DNA from: the human T2T-CHM13v2.0 reference genome, Homo sapiens
Length of the DNA stretch: 64,000 nt
Reading direction: 5' to 3' (one strand)
Assembly (NCBI RefSeq): GCF_009914755.1
Contig: NC_060937.1
Positions 16,705-30,769 of this stretch are shown one piece after another; position 1 is the stretch's first letter, and every line of letters starts with the position of its first letter. A program made the translations under genes and the position numbers. The notes under the pieces were generated by a model. It saw only the letters and a list, made by a program, of their open reading frames with translations. It made no database searches and was not told where the DNA came from.

Positions 16705-18519
16705 GAATAAGTTTGGGAAACTGCATACTTGGCCCCTTTGGAATTTCACTATACATATTAGCTTTATTAGAGGTTTATTAGAGGTAGCCCTTCAGATAAG
16801 ACATCTGCTTAACTTTACTTAACTCAGCATTCCAAACTTATTTGACATTTTTTCCCCTAAATAATACACATTGTGTGGAAACTTGGACAGTCAGTGACAA
16901 AATCGTTACCAGCTGCTCTGTCTGCTGTCTCCCAATTCAGATTTTTTTTCCGCTCTGCCAAAACGTGCCCCCAGTTTGTTAACAGATTTTACTTTTTTAT
17001 TGTTATCTACCTCATAATACTTGGGGACAATGAGTGTAGGGGCCATAACATAGGAGGAGCAGAACTAGGGAGAAGTAGTTGTGGCTAGCCCTTTGTCCCT
17101 GACCGCCCGCTTTGCAGAGCAAAGCAAGTAGCAGCAAGCAGCTGATTAAAAACTGATCTCTATTGACATCAAGATCTACTGACTGAGGAGCACTTCTCTT
17201 CCAACACAATCAGTCCAAATTGTCAACTGAATGAGGGCCACCTTGCTTCAAAGGGACCAGCTTTTGACTGCTAGGTGTAATAGGATAAATGTAATAGGAT
17301 AAATGACATTTGCCCTGTGAATACTACTCCACGTAATTCCCTCTCTAGGCTTTTCAGAAGCTTGGGGGAATCTTTTGATAATGATTTAATTTTTCCCCTG
17401 AGCTTGTTAACTCCGCTTGTTAAGGGCATAGGGTTGGGGGTTGGGGTGCTTTAATCTTGCTAATTAACTACATTTCTGTCTCTTCCTGTTTAGATAATTT
17501 CTTTTGGATGACTCATCCTCTTTAGGGTAAATGTTCAGTCTGTCAGATTTCCCAACCATTTCCCTCTTCTTCCCCGAGATGGTGCCATATGTCTGGGGGT
17601 TTGAGGCCAGGGGGCGATCTTTTAATCCTGAGGCAGCAGTGTCAAGCTTCTGTGAATGCAGGTCCTTGTTGGGTGCACTGTTTGTTCTTGGGCTCTGTGG
17701 TGACGCAGTTAGTCTGTGCCAACCCATGGGGGTCTGCTGATAGGTGGCTGTCTCCTCATGGCCTGCAGAGATCGTGCTGAGACATGTGTGGCTTTGGCCA
17801 TTGCCTGAAGCCTCTGGTCTCCACGCTATGCTGCCCTTGCTTCTGGCCAGACTTCTGCCAGCTCTCCTAACACTTCTGTCTTGCCGTCATTCGCGTTTAC
17901 GGGATCCAAGTATATCCCACACAGAGGAGTACCACTTCAGGCTATCAAGGGCCATCTCTCTTGATGCTGCATTGTATACTGGTGGCATACTGGTGGCATG
18001 TTGGATGAGACACAGAGAAAAATGTAGAGCTTCTCCATCCCCCAAATTACAACACAGAAAGTGGGTCACTAGCTCCAGTGTTCCTGGATTTCCCAATACG
18101 TTAGGGAGCAGCAGGGATTAGACACTTAATAACCTGGCTCTATCACCTCTTTACTTTTCTTTACATTCTACTGTGTTCAAAGAAATGGCTTCCTATTGTA
18201 TCTTCTTACCTGCTTTCTGGTTGAAACACTTCTTAGGTCACATCTATTTCAATAGGCTTCATGGCTTAGCTTTCACGGGTGGCAGAGGTAACTTCTACGT
18301 ACAAAATAAAGGACTCTAAAATATGAGGTGGCCAGGTTTGGTTTGTGTATAAAGAATAATTGAACAACTAGAAGGGAAGAGTCACCTAGGATGAAAATAC
18401 GTTGATTTAATATCCTGGCTATTCCCATTATACCTGCTGATAGGATTGTGCTAATGGGAATGTAAAGCCTCCTTTTCCCCATTACAGAATTGCTGAAGAT
18501 TATAAATAAATCTCATTGC

Positions 18520-18554
18520 ATTGCTTCTCAGCCTTTTGGCTAAGATCAAGTGTA
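18520..18554 (+). pseudogene. RNU2: U2 snRNA 5' fragment (nt 1-35), tailless retropseudogene
   Basis: ATTGCTTCTCAGCCTTTTGGCTAAGATCAAGTGTA versus U2 ATCGCTTCTCGGCCTTTTGGCTAAGATCAAGTGTA: 33/35 identical, both mismatches CpG transitions. TSD AATAAATCTCATTG at 18505-18518 and 18554-18567. Confidence 0.95.
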
Positions 18555-18759
18555 ATAAATCTCATTGTGCTTTATGCCTAATGTGTGCTTATATTAAACT
18601 GATTTATCCATAGGAGATAAGGTGTTATACTCCTAGTGGACAATAGTATTCATAATGTGCTTTTAGTGAACTCAGAGGAATGTATTTTCCAGATGAAAGG
18701 CTTTTTCCCCCCTTTCTATTTCTCTAGTAATTTGTATTTTGTTCCAGTAGCATATATTA

Positions 18760-18942
18760 CACCTATAGTAATTACTTGTTTCCGTATCTTTCTTCCTGCC
18801 TCCCAACATTTCTCCACATGTACACTAAGCATACATTACCATAAGAGCTGGAATCCTGTGATATTTATGTGTGTACATTTTCACATGTATATCTCAAGTT
18901 CTGTGCCTGGCACACAGTTGCTGCTCAATTCATGAATGAGTC
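18760..18942 (+). mobile_element. L2 LINE 3' fragment
   Basis: gtgcctggcacacagttgctgctcaattcatgaatgagt resembles the L2 3' terminus. Confidence 0.55.
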
Positions 18943-19369
18943 AAGTGACTTGCTAAGTAGCCATTCAGCAAATAGGCAGCAGAGAAAAAAAATCTTGTTT
19001 CACCATCCATACCAAGTCTCTTGTGGGGGCACAATAACTCAGCAGTGGGACTGACTCAAGAGAAGTGAATCACAGCAGATTGAAAACTTCACTTTCAGAA
19101 ATGGGATATTTTCATTGAATTTGACAACATGAATTGACTGTGTACGAACCATTCAACCAATTTTGAATGTTGAATGAGGCTCCAGAGCAATATTTTTTAT
19201 GGCAAAATAAGAATTAGCATGGACAGAGAGTATTTTTTTTCTACCAGCCGGACACAAATTATTAGCATGTTCAATCTAAGAGTTTGATTATTGGGATGAT
19301 ACTTCTACTGCCACCAGTGCAAGTATTCTGAATTCTCTTTCCCTTGAAATAAATGGGCCTCTTTCTTAT

Positions 19370-19535
19370 TCCTCTACCTGGAATGAGGCAATCATGGTCC
19401 AGTTATATCAGCCATCTTGTAACCATGAGATTGTGGGTAACCTGCTAGTGATGCTGGTACACAAAGCTGGAAGGAGAACATGTTGTCACTGATAGTAATA
19501 GGGCTGTCATAATAGGCCTATATTGTCTATCTCCA
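19370..19535 (+). mobile_element. Old MLT1 (I/J/K-type) LTR fragment
   Basis: cctggaatg...cagccatcttgtaaccatgag...gctggaaggag motifs. Confidence 0.5.
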
Positions 19536-19889
19536 AAAATTCTCCTACAATGTCAAGGGAGGGCCTCAGTGGCTAAAGTAAACTCACTTTCCTACTGGTC
19601 CAGAGATCTTCAACAGCAGAAATCAAGAGAGAGATTCGTCAAAGAAATGAAGGCTCCTCTGCAAGACAGGATGTGCCCACTAACAAGAGTTAAATAAAAA
19701 CTTCAGAATTCAGTATGCATTACATGAATCAATATATAAAAAGAGGTAAGAACAGTGCTTGGCATGATTAAACACGATGCGTTTGCTCTCATCATTATTG
19801 TTACTGCTGTTGCTGATATTGCTACAGAGTAAACTGCTACTAGCTCCAGTCAATAGGGGTTCTTTGAAAATTTAAATGATTTTATTTTT

Positions 19890-20287
19890 TTCCCCAGTCT
19901 CTACTACCCCAGCCCATGGTAAACATCATTCTGCTCTCTACTTCTATGAGTTCGACATTTTTAGATTCCACATGTGCATGAGACAATGTGATATGATATT
20001 TGACTTTCTGTGACTGGTTTATTTCACTTAATATAATGTCCTGCAGGCTTATCCATGTCGTTGCAAATGACAGGATTTCCTTCCTTTTTAAAGCTGTATG
20101 GTATTCTGTTGTGTATATATACCACATTTTCTTTATCCATTCATCTGTTGATGAGCACTTAAGTTGATTCCATATTTTGGCTATTGTGGTAATGTTGCAA
20201 TGAATATGGGAGTGCAGAGATCTCCTTGACATAATGATTTCATTTCCTTTGTGTATATATATACCCAATGGTGGGATTGCTGGATTT
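19890..20287 (-). mobile_element. L1MA-type 3' fragment (ORF2 C-terminus and 3'UTR)
   Basis: Antisense ORF gives TIAKIWNQLKCSSTDEWIKKMWYIYTTEY; 3'UTR cattctgctctctacttctatgagttcgac...tttagattccacat. Confidence 0.85.
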
Positions 20288-20564
20288 TAAACTATTTTAA
20301 ATTCAAAAATTAATTCCTACTTATTGCAGAAAAAGTTAGTATAGGTAGGTTAAAAAAGGAAAAAAATAAAATACTACCTAAAGATAATCATAAACAGTTT
20401 GATCTATATACGTATGTTTCTCAAAAAGCATTACATCATGCTATGTTTACTATTTTACAAAGTACTTCTGTTTTAACTATAATATTGTTGATATCTTTTT
20501 AATATTTTCTACTCTAAATGCAAAATTATACTGATTTTTAATATATCTTACCATTTAATGAGGC

Positions 20565-20750
20565 GTTAGATATATATAATTCTATATATATAAATTTATA
20601 TATACATATGTTCTACATTTATATATTAACATATATATTTATAATATATATTTTTCTCATAATAAAGAAAGCATTTGGCTTCATTATTTTATATTATTTT
20701 ATTGTATTTTATATCATTTTATTCATTATATTTTGTATTATTTTATTATA
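20565..20750. repeat. AT-rich low-complexity tract
   Basis: Degenerate (TA)n followed by (TTTTA)n-like sequence. Confidence 0.75.
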
Positions 20751-22864
20751 GCCAAAAAATCTTTTGTGCTTTTAGAAATTTCTTCTTTTTTAAATACGAG
20801 AATTTTTTTTATTGTGCTATGCAATTGATTAGTAAATTATTCACTGGACCTGGTTTTGAGTCACAGCTTCAGCTGTGACTGTTTCTCAAGAGAACCACAT
20901 ACTGCCTTCACACTGTCTCAATGCTGCTGGAATACACCAACTAACTCTAAAGTCTGTTGTCTTGAATATAATGTAAGCTAAGTTGTTTAAAATATAGACC
21001 TATTTCATGCTGTGCATTTGCTGGTGAAGAAAGATTTTAGACTGATTGTGAGCATGCTGTTTGAAAGAGTGAGTGGCTCAGCAGTTTGGAACTGTTTCTA
21101 ATAAAAACACAAAACCATAACTGCCTTTGGGTCATCAGTCCAACAGGTTATAGTGATGTAGTATGAAGTATCTGTGTGTCCCAGACCAAACTGATTATCC
21201 TGGATGCTAAACTGAGAACTTACAACAAAACAGAACAATAAAAAAAAAAAAAATCCCTGGTCTACTGTAACATCCTAATTGTAATCTAAGATAAACACAG
21301 CACGCTAAGCTACAGAGGACTCTTGTATTTTGTGTAGAAGGGGATTTATGAGCACATTAGTAGGGAAAACCGAGGTAGGTGAATGAATGTAATGAAATTT
21401 TAAAGGTAGAACAATTTAATAACCTCTTCATTAGGATACTCCTGTATAAAAGATTCTATTTTGTACACTTTATTCTTATCTATACTATAAAGTGCTATAT
21501 AACCTCTAACTGACAAAATATTCTGGCAGCATCTTTTGGCTTAGTTAGGTACTATGAGAATTCAGAGATAACAACATTGCATTCATTTAAGTGTGTTATA
21601 TTATTAATCTTGCCATCCAGTATGTCTTTTTACAGTCTATTACATTTAGACCTAGAGAAATTGTCAATTGACAGAGAATATGTTTTAGTATCAGTATCTT
21701 GAAAGCAAATTTGTATTCCTTTTGATGCTGAAATTGTGGATTTGCAGTAGAACAATACAATCATTGTGTAGTATAACAGGTCTCATAATTCAGTGTAATT
21801 GGAAGTCAAAGATTGTATGGGAATGGAAAGCAAAATATAAAATGATTAGTTGCCTAGGAGAGTTTTCTAATTTTTCTACAGAGTATTTATTGGTTAACAC
21901 AAACTTCAGAAAATATATCTTCTGTGATTTATGTTGTACTATAAAATATTTAATTACATATAACTCTCAATTCTCATTTGTGTGTGTGTGTGTGAATGTG
22001 CACATGTGCCAAATCAAAACGTGATGCAATTCTAAATGCCTTCTAAGAAACAGAAGCTAGTAAGGAGTACGGCCAAATTTTGGGGTGAACTATTCATAGA
22101 AAGTGACATCTGCAAAGCCCAGTGTCTAATAAAAACACAGGACAAATAAGTAAATGTTTCCTTTTCTTACAGACATTGAACTTTTTGTAGGAGACAGATG
22201 TTATTACATTACCTGGTTCCAAATGACTGCTAGAGAGTGAAGAATAAAAACAGCATTTTACTTTTTATGTTTATAAAGTTCAATGATCTAATTTAATTTG
22301 CTTATTGTAAATAAAATCAGTTTTAATAGTCCTATAAACTAAGAGTCCGTTAATTAATGGAGAATTTTACAAAAATAGGATGAATTTCTATTTATCTCTG
22401 CTGTAGTCAAACATTTACTAATAGTTTTATTAAAACAATTTTAAATGACCACAATTATATTTGTTATGTGTAAAATGGGTGTGATGGACTCACTAATGTC
22501 TAAGGTCCATTTCACTTTAAAATTATATCCTAAGTTATTTCTCAATGACGTTTAGCATTTTCCAAGTTGTTTGAGAAAAAGAATTTTTTAGTTTTTCTTC
22601 AATGCCACTGAAACAGAGTGTTTACATTATTTTAGACTCCTTAAATTGCAAACGAACTGTTCTGCCATCTGTGCAAGTGAATGCATAATAATACATAAGA
22701 TTATTTGCTACAAATTAAACTATTTTATATTTTTTAACCAGGATTAACCATGTTTCATCTATAAGAAACTAAAATTTAGACTTTTCTGTATTTAAACAGC
22801 ACGACAAAAGTGACCCAAAGTGGTAGGACAATTTCTACCTACCTGTAGACTATAACACTCAGGT

Positions 22865-23318
<454 letters not shown>

Positions 23319-23557
23319 CTAAATCCATCCCATGGCTATTGTAAACAAGATTACCCAAAAGAGTTTTGGGAGATTAGAAAGGTCAAAGAGGACATGGTCA
23401 CAGAATGCAGGAGAGGATGATTAGAAACTAGGAATGCTCTATAAGGCAGTTTGGGGTTATGTTGTGATTTATAAGGGAGTTTCATTGATTCCTTTAACAA
23501 ATAATTGTTGAGCAGCTCCAGAGTAAAAGACATTGTGCTACGGTCATGGAGGGTCTA

Positions 23558-23770
23558 GCTATGCTGTCCAGTATGTAGATACTATTCACCTGTGACTCTT
23601 TAGATTTAAATTTTACTGAATTAAAATAAATAAAAATAAAGCTCAGTTCCCATTTGCACTGGCCATATGTCAAGTACTCAGTAGCCACAATGTAGCTAAT
23701 GGCTATCGTATTGGACAGTGGGAATATAAAATATTTATGTCATAACAGAAACATTTATTGGAGAATGCTG
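23558..23770 (-). mobile_element. MER3 hAT-Charlie DNA transposon
   Basis: tgctgtccagtat..., caagtactcagtagccaca..tgtagctaatggctatcgtattggacag, ending tattggagaatgctg. Confidence 0.8.
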
Positions 23771-24005
23771 GCAGAATAGTCAAAGATATCCTGGTGCTTT
23801 TCATGCTGGTAACCCACTTGAGCAGATTATGTAAACAAATAGATGCAATAGCAAACAGTGTATCATATGAGCAATTTAAGAGGTATAGATAAGATAACTG
23901 AGTGACTTCAGAGAAAAAAAGAAAATTACATAGGATTGTCAGAATAGAGTCACAGAAAAAGTACACTTTGAAGTCAGGACTGAAGAAAGTATGAAGAAAG
24001 TCATT

Positions 24006-24410
24006 GTCTTAGCTTGGGATACAGTAACAAAACACCATAAACTGAGTGGCCTAAATAACAAATATTTATTTCTTACAGTTGGAGACTGGGAAGTTCAACA
24101 TCAAGGTGCTAAAAAATTTAGTGTCTGGTGAGGGTTTACTTCTTGGTTTGCTGATGGGTACCTTCTCATGGTATCCTCACATGGCAGCGGGTTGTGGGGA
24201 GGAAGAGAGAGAGAAAGGAAGCATGCTCTTTAGTATCATGTCTCATCTTAAAAGGGCGCTAATCTCATTCATGAAGCCTCCACCCTCACGACCTCGTCTA
24301 ATCCTACTTACCTCCCACAGACCCCGTCTCCTAACACCTACCCATCACATTAGAGGATATGGTTTCAACATATGAATTTGAGGGAAACAAGCATTCCATC
24401 CCAAACAGCA
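24006..24410 (-). mobile_element. MLT1A/MSTD-type ERVL-MaLR solo LTR
   Basis: tgtcttag...aacaaaacaccataaactgagtggc...gactgggaagttcaacatcaaggtg...tttcaacatatgaatttgaggg...aacagca. Confidence 0.8.
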
Positions 24411-24519
24411 GTTGAGGACAAAGTGAAAATGTTCTCTCTATAAAGGAAGATGTGAGTTCAGAGGCAGGAACAGATGGCAATTAGGCTTGGGTAAAGAGCT
24501 CAGGAGAGGAGGGGATGAA

Positions 24520-24770
24520 AAGGCACCTGAAGCCATTGGTATTCTAACTGTGAAAATCCTTGAGGGCTAAGAATTTGAGCTTTTTTTTCTGAAGGGACTG
24601 GGAAACCGCTAGAATTTCTGAGTAAGAAATGTGATCCAAGTGTTATTTCAGAAAGATATATCTGGCAGCGCTGCGCAGACTGGGTAGGGTGGAGAGAGAG
24701 GAAGTTGATAGACCATATTAAAGTGTGTGGAAAATAGACCATATGTGCAGTTGTAAGGACCTGAACTTGA
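24520..24770 (-). mobile_element. L2 fragment
   Basis: ctaagaatttgagcttt...gggaaaccgctagaatttctgag...ttcagaaagatatatctggcag is typical antisense L2. A matching L2 end lies at ~23480-23545. Confidence 0.55.
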
Positions 24771-25129
24771 GTATCTGCAACTTACTCTGGACACACAATA
24801 TAGTGAATCTTGAATAAAATAAGCTTTTTACAAACTAACAGCATTATTAGAAATCCAGGTCCCCATATTTCCTTAAATGACTGCTTTTCTACATGTCTCT
24901 TTTGTTGCCTTCAGTCAGAAGGATGCAGATTGCCCATACTTCATAGCAGAGCAACAGGAGGGACTTAGGGACAAAAAGGTAAGATCCGGGGGAAAAATAT
25001 GTAAGGAAATGGGAATAATTCAGGCTGAAGACAGAAATAGGACCAGGCACATGGAAGTCACTTGAGACGTGCAGTGTGCTGAAATCTTCATCTGAACAGC
25101 ATCCACCTTCAGTGACAGTTTCGCTTATG

Positions 25130-25290
25130 CAGTGGTGTGGTGGAGCCTCTTAGCACTGCCTCGTGAGATGCCATTGTGTGCATGTCTTCTCAATTTTGTT
25201 TTCAGTGAAGTCTCATGGTGAGAGTGTTTACACTATGGAAATTGGCAAATGCTATAAATCAGGGCTGCTTCTATCCCCAGCTGTGCCCAC
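25130..25290. mobile_element. MER63-type hAT-Blackjack fragment (opposite orientation to the 16538 copy)
   Basis: cagtggtgtggtggagcc...ttcagtga...tttacactatggaaattggcaaatgctataaatcagggct. Confidence 0.65.
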
Positions 25291-25337
25291 AGGAACTACT
25301 CAGACAAGCCTGATCTCTTCTTTAAAAGACAAGACTA

Positions 25338-25673
<336 letters not shown>

Positions 25674-26139
25674 CTAAAGACACCATTGCACCTGAGCAGC
25701 CATACCAGGGCATAGAGGCCAGTTCTTCCAGCCTGAAGTTTATAGTCCTAGGTGTACATATGGCTGTACATTGTTTTGTAATATCACATACATCTTAAAC
25801 TACATATACGAATACTTCAAATATACTAAGCGTTTTTAGATTTATTCTTTCTCTCTTGCTTTGCTATAGAGCTGTTCAGGAGTTCACCCAAGAGAGTGGA
25901 GACTACCTCTTCCTGATTTCCTTGTACAAATTTTATGTAGCTTGACCTGTGATTTATGGACAGGAAAGCTGTCTGCATAGTTACACTCTTACCAACTGAT
26001 GTGTATAGCATGTCTCCCTTCAAGTTTAAAGAATATTTTTTTCTGTCTTTTAATAGGCTTACTCTCCTTTATAACTCTGCACTTTTTCCTACTGCAGCAG
26101 TGGAGAGAGATACTTCCAATGGCTGTTGTTTTACTGCAA

Positions 26140-26340
26140 CTACTACTTGCCATTGATTGAGTGCACCTGGCACTTTCTATGCACCCATTTCATTTAATCC
26201 TCATCACCATCCTTTTAGTTAGAAAATATGATGTCCATTTGTCAAATGAAGAAAGAGGACCTGAGAAGTTAAGACACTTAAATCATACACCCGATTGGTC
26301 TCAGATGTCAGTTCAAATCTCTGACCATATCATGCTTAAT
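26140..26340 (-). mobile_element. MIR
   Basis: tttcatttaatcctcatcac...ccatttgtcaaatgaagaaagagg..tgagaagttaag. Confidence 0.65.
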
Positions 26341-27431
26341 TCAAATGCTTAACCATTAAGCCACATTGCAGGAAGAAAAATTCTTTTCTGATAGTGAGGG
26401 CTTCCAGAAGCCATGGCAGCCACAAAGGCCTTGGTGACCAGGAATCAGGCTTTTTTACTGTGTGCCTAGGAGAATGCATTACCATTACCTTTAAGGGACT
26501 GTGGGAGAATAAAGGCCAAGGTGCATATGGACACACAAGGGCCCTTGCTCTAGAGATCTTACAGCCTCTGAAACCTCACAGGTGAACATACTTGGTAGTT
26601 CTAGTAAAATGCCACTGAGAATTCCCAGATTGAGGCAGGGTCCTCAGATTGAGAAAAGTTATAACCAAATTTTTCCAAGTTATGCCTCGTCCTGAAGCCC
26701 TGGGGCTTTAAGAACAACAGTAACAAACTATTTAGGCATTTCTAAGACTTGTAAGTAGGAAAAGAATTATTTCAGAGATGGAACCTAAACATACAATTGT
26801 GGGGGGAAAATGCACTTTGTGAATACCTTGAATATTGTAGCATAGATAAATGACTCGAGGATTAAAAATGCATGAAACATGCTTGCAGAAGGACCCGATT
26901 ACAATAGCAAATAAGGCTTAAGGAACTGATGCCATTTTGTGAATTGGGTGTGTAACATGGCAAAGCTATCTCCTTTTATAATGTCATGTTTGTGTATATT
27001 CACACTTATGCAAGGACATGCATCTATTATAGTAACTCGGTAAAATAACCAGAGGCTATAGAAATTCCTGCCTAGACTTGGGTTTTTAGACATGCTTTCT
27101 TTATTCTCAACACCCGTGCACATGAGAAACTGCAGCTCAAGCACAGACTTGGCAGGCAGAGCCTGTTCACTGTTTTCTTAAACGCTCTTCCTTTCTGTAC
27201 AGTCGTACCTATTTTAGGGGCACTAAGCAGCCTCACACTCGCCTCTCAGGCTTCTGAAGGGTATTGAGTACTTGTTTGGAGCACATAATTTATGCTGTGC
27301 TGAAAAATAGCTGAGACTGTAATGGTGCCCAGAGAACCCAAGTTCTCTGAAGACCAAGATCACATTAATATGCAGTATTTCATTTACAAACCCCTTCTAA
27401 GTAGGTTTGAGAGGATAATGCCTTGTTTGAA

Positions 27432-27630
27432 TAATAATATAGCACATTTTACTTTTCAAAGTGCTTTCACATAAATCATCCATCTCATTTTATTTTTGAA
27501 ACAATGAGGGAGATAAGGCCAGGATTATTACCTATAGGGAATCAAAAGCTCAGAAAGGTCAAGTGATTTACTCAAAGTCACATTGCAAGTTCTCTGTAAA
27601 GCTGAGATTAGAAGCTGTGATTCTCCCATT
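27432..27630 (-). mobile_element. MIR/MIR3
   Basis: ttttcaaagtgctttcacat...gctcagaaaggtcaagtgatttactcaaagtcaca. Confidence 0.65.
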
Positions 27631-30147
27631 CCCAGCTCAGCTGGGTCTTTTTAAAAGCGTGTTAGGACCCACAGCTTCATGGGTGGAATACTGAAATTCT
27701 CAGGCCCAGCCTCTTGCCTCTAAGTGTTCCATTTCTATACTTTGCTTTTAGCATCATTTAGATGTCGTGGTCTTAAAAAATGGTAATAAATTTTAAATAA
27801 AAGTGTATAATTTAATCTTTTCTTTTAGGAAATGACTTTAGAAATTCAACCTGAAAGCATTATCAATTTCTTGAGCTAAGTTTACAAAATTGGATGCAAG
27901 TTGCATATGACAGTGATTCTTGATATTTGTTTTTCATCCTTATGTTTAATCATAGGCATGGTTTGAGTTTCATGTGAGATAACTAATGGGAAAGCACTTT
28001 GTAATTTTGAAACATTGTGATAGTAAGAGCTGACATGACAGTGTCAGAAATTATTTAATTAATTTAGTTTAACAGTTTCAATTTGTTAGAAATGGTATTT
28101 TGACTTGTTCACATAGTATCTATGCTTAGTCCCTTTTTTATAAATTTCATTTTATAATTCTTTTAAATACATACATTCATGTTATTTTATATAATATGTG
28201 ATTAAATATATGTGTATATACATATATAAATTACTATTTTTGTCTTTATTAAATTCTCATACATACTGGGATTCTCTCACTTAATTTTCTAGTTTTTAAA
28301 ATATTCTTAAAGCTTATGGGAAATGTTCCAATTAATTCACTCTGGCACCATGATCTGTCTATAACTTCAAAGGGCTATGCTTAAAAATCCAAAAGCCATA
28401 AACTAAAGGTATTTTATGGAATTTACTTGACATTTCAGAGGAAAACGAAGGCATTACAAAACAAGCATATTAAGTATACGATTCACATCCCAACAGCTCA
28501 AAGGCAAGGAAGACTGAGGAAGCTAAGTTACTGGCCATATGTTTAATAAATATAAGCTTAATGGCAGTGAATGTATTAATGTCAGCGAAGACAAGTCTAT
28601 GAAGGTATGTAGTCCAGTGTGAACCCTATCTGGCATGCACTGATCTTTCTGTTCATAAGAATCTTAACCATGCCAATCTTCATGATTGTTTTAGCTCTAT
28701 TATGCAATAGGTAAGTGTCAGCTTTGGGACAGATACCATAGTAACGGTAGACTTACAATTACAGTAGAATCAAAATATATCTTTGTCAGCCAAGTATTTG
28801 ACAAGATCTTGGTATATCCTTGTGTATATTAAAGAAAGCCAGGCTGGATGAGAACATAGCTGGAGACTGAAAACTGACATTCCAAGATTGTTGATTAGTT
28901 AAATGAAATTCTGAATTTTTGCACCACTGAATTCTTTCATTGGCCATGAATGTAATACTTTATCAAAGTTTTGGATGAGAACATTGAGGGCAGGGTTATT
29001 CCCGGTCATTCCAGATGACCCAGAGCACTGAGGATTACTTTCACGACAGAAGAACCAAGAATACAAAACCACCTCAACAGATTATAACCAAGTAGTGACA
29101 TTTACCCAGGATATTAGTAAAGTTCCCCACATTGATTCAAAAAATAAATTGTGTAGATAAACATTGCATTTGAACAATACAAATGTTCTAAGATATTTAT
29201 ACTTTTTGTCATCTTTTTCTGCCACAAATGAGCTGTATAATCTGGCCAGAAATACCTAGGTAAATACGGTGTTTCTCTATTTTACTTTGAATGTAAGACT
29301 CAACTTCAGTATCTAAGTGTTAGTGAGTATATTTTTATAAGTACTGTTGTTCCAAATCACTTGCTGTCAGTTTAATTCTGTAAATGCATGACAGGTGCCT
29401 AATCTGATTTAAGCATCACAGAACATTCCAGGAAAAAGGAAATGAATAAGATGTCATCTCTGACCTCCAAGGTTTAATGGAGAAGGCAGGCCCCCAAAGC
29501 AATCAGTGCAAAGACACTTACAAGAAGGGTGCTGTGGCTACCTAGCTATCAGCTGTGACAGTTGTTCTTGGATTTTCATTTTCATATACACCTCTTTTAC
29601 CTGAAAGATGTCCCTTGCCCCTTTTTAACTTTGCCTTTTAGGAGTAAGGCAGTGAGCTATTCTCACACCACTGTGAAGTCATCAGTCCATCTTTCCCTGA
29701 CTAATGGCTATAAAGCAGCAAGAGTTTCCTAATTGGCATTTCAAAGAACACTAGGGATCAATTACACATAAAATGTTTATTTATAAAACTGTCATAAACT
29801 ACAGGTTCAATTTGTTTGACCTTCTGGTAATTAGCACAGACTTACAATAGAGAAAGTTAGGTTACACCAAATACTTTTATTCTTGTTATTTCTACAGGAA
29901 AGAATCAAAGCACACAAACAAAACAAAAAAAGTAATAGCAGCATATTCTTCCCGGTGGGAGCAAGAGAAGAAAAGAGTACTCTACCTATCCCCTTTGCCT
30001 TCATCTTCTTTCTAAAGGCAAATATGCATTCTCAATCAAGCACATTTGCATTTGGAAATAATTTCCTTGTTGTTTAAAAGGCCTCACTTTTACTCGTCTT
30101 GCTCAAAGAACACAGGTGTATCAAAACACTTTAGGTTATTCCCAAAT

Positions 30148-30325
30148 TGTTTTTCCCAGATTGTTTTCTTCAGAACACTAGACCTGAGGGAATTCAGTGG
30201 TAAAGGGGTACAAAACTGTTATTAGGCAAGTTTTCCCTCTCTTAGAAATTCACAAGACACTTTACCATATTAGAGTCTTATCCCTTGGTTTAACCAACTA
30301 TGTTCTGACATTATGTGTTTCCTTG
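30148..30325 (+). mobile_element. MER103C-like fragment
   Basis: tttcccaga...cagaacactag...ccctctcttagaaattcacaagacactttaccatatta. Confidence 0.45.
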
Positions 30326-30461
30326 TGGTATTAATTATTTAGTTTTATTGCTTTCAGAAGCTTAGTGTTACTACTATTGACAATATCTACTTTACTAAGG
30401 GAGAAATTATAGAGAGGCCAAAACACCTCAAAATTTAGAATGGGAAGAGGAAATGAGGAAA

Positions 30462-30506
<45 letters not shown>

Positions 30507-30514
30507 GGTGTGTC
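30462..30514. repeat. (TG)n microsatellite with degenerate (TATGTG)n end
   Basis: gtgtgtgtg...gtatgtgtatgtgtatgtgggtgtgt. Confidence 0.92.
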
Positions 30515-30769
30515 TTGGGGAAAAACTGAGACACTGTGAGAAAATATTATAATTGAGGTTTTCTTAAATTAGCATTTAGGACCACTAAATAAATAAATTT
30601 CACTGTTCACAGAAATTTTAAGAACACATGATATAATTAAAAACAACTTAAACTAAATTATTCCTTTGGCAGATAAGTTCATGTGGTTACAAATTTTCTG
30701 GACTCATGAAATGTATAATATGTAGTATTATTTTAAACAGGTCAACATCACTGTAGAAAGATACTAAAC

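Larger units (their letters stand above)
15972..16885 (+). mobile_element. MER103C-like hAT-Charlie DNA transposon, interrupted by MLT1D and MER63
   Basis: Collinear pieces: tttccaaaatgtgttccttggaacactag | tcctgtga... | aataagtttgggaaactgcatac...ttaactcagcattccaaacttatttgac. Confidence 0.7.

Noticed and set aside
17744-18121. 125-aa ORF with a leucine-rich, signal-like stretch
   Set aside because: Non-ATG start, no recognisable domain and no convincing splice or promoter context.
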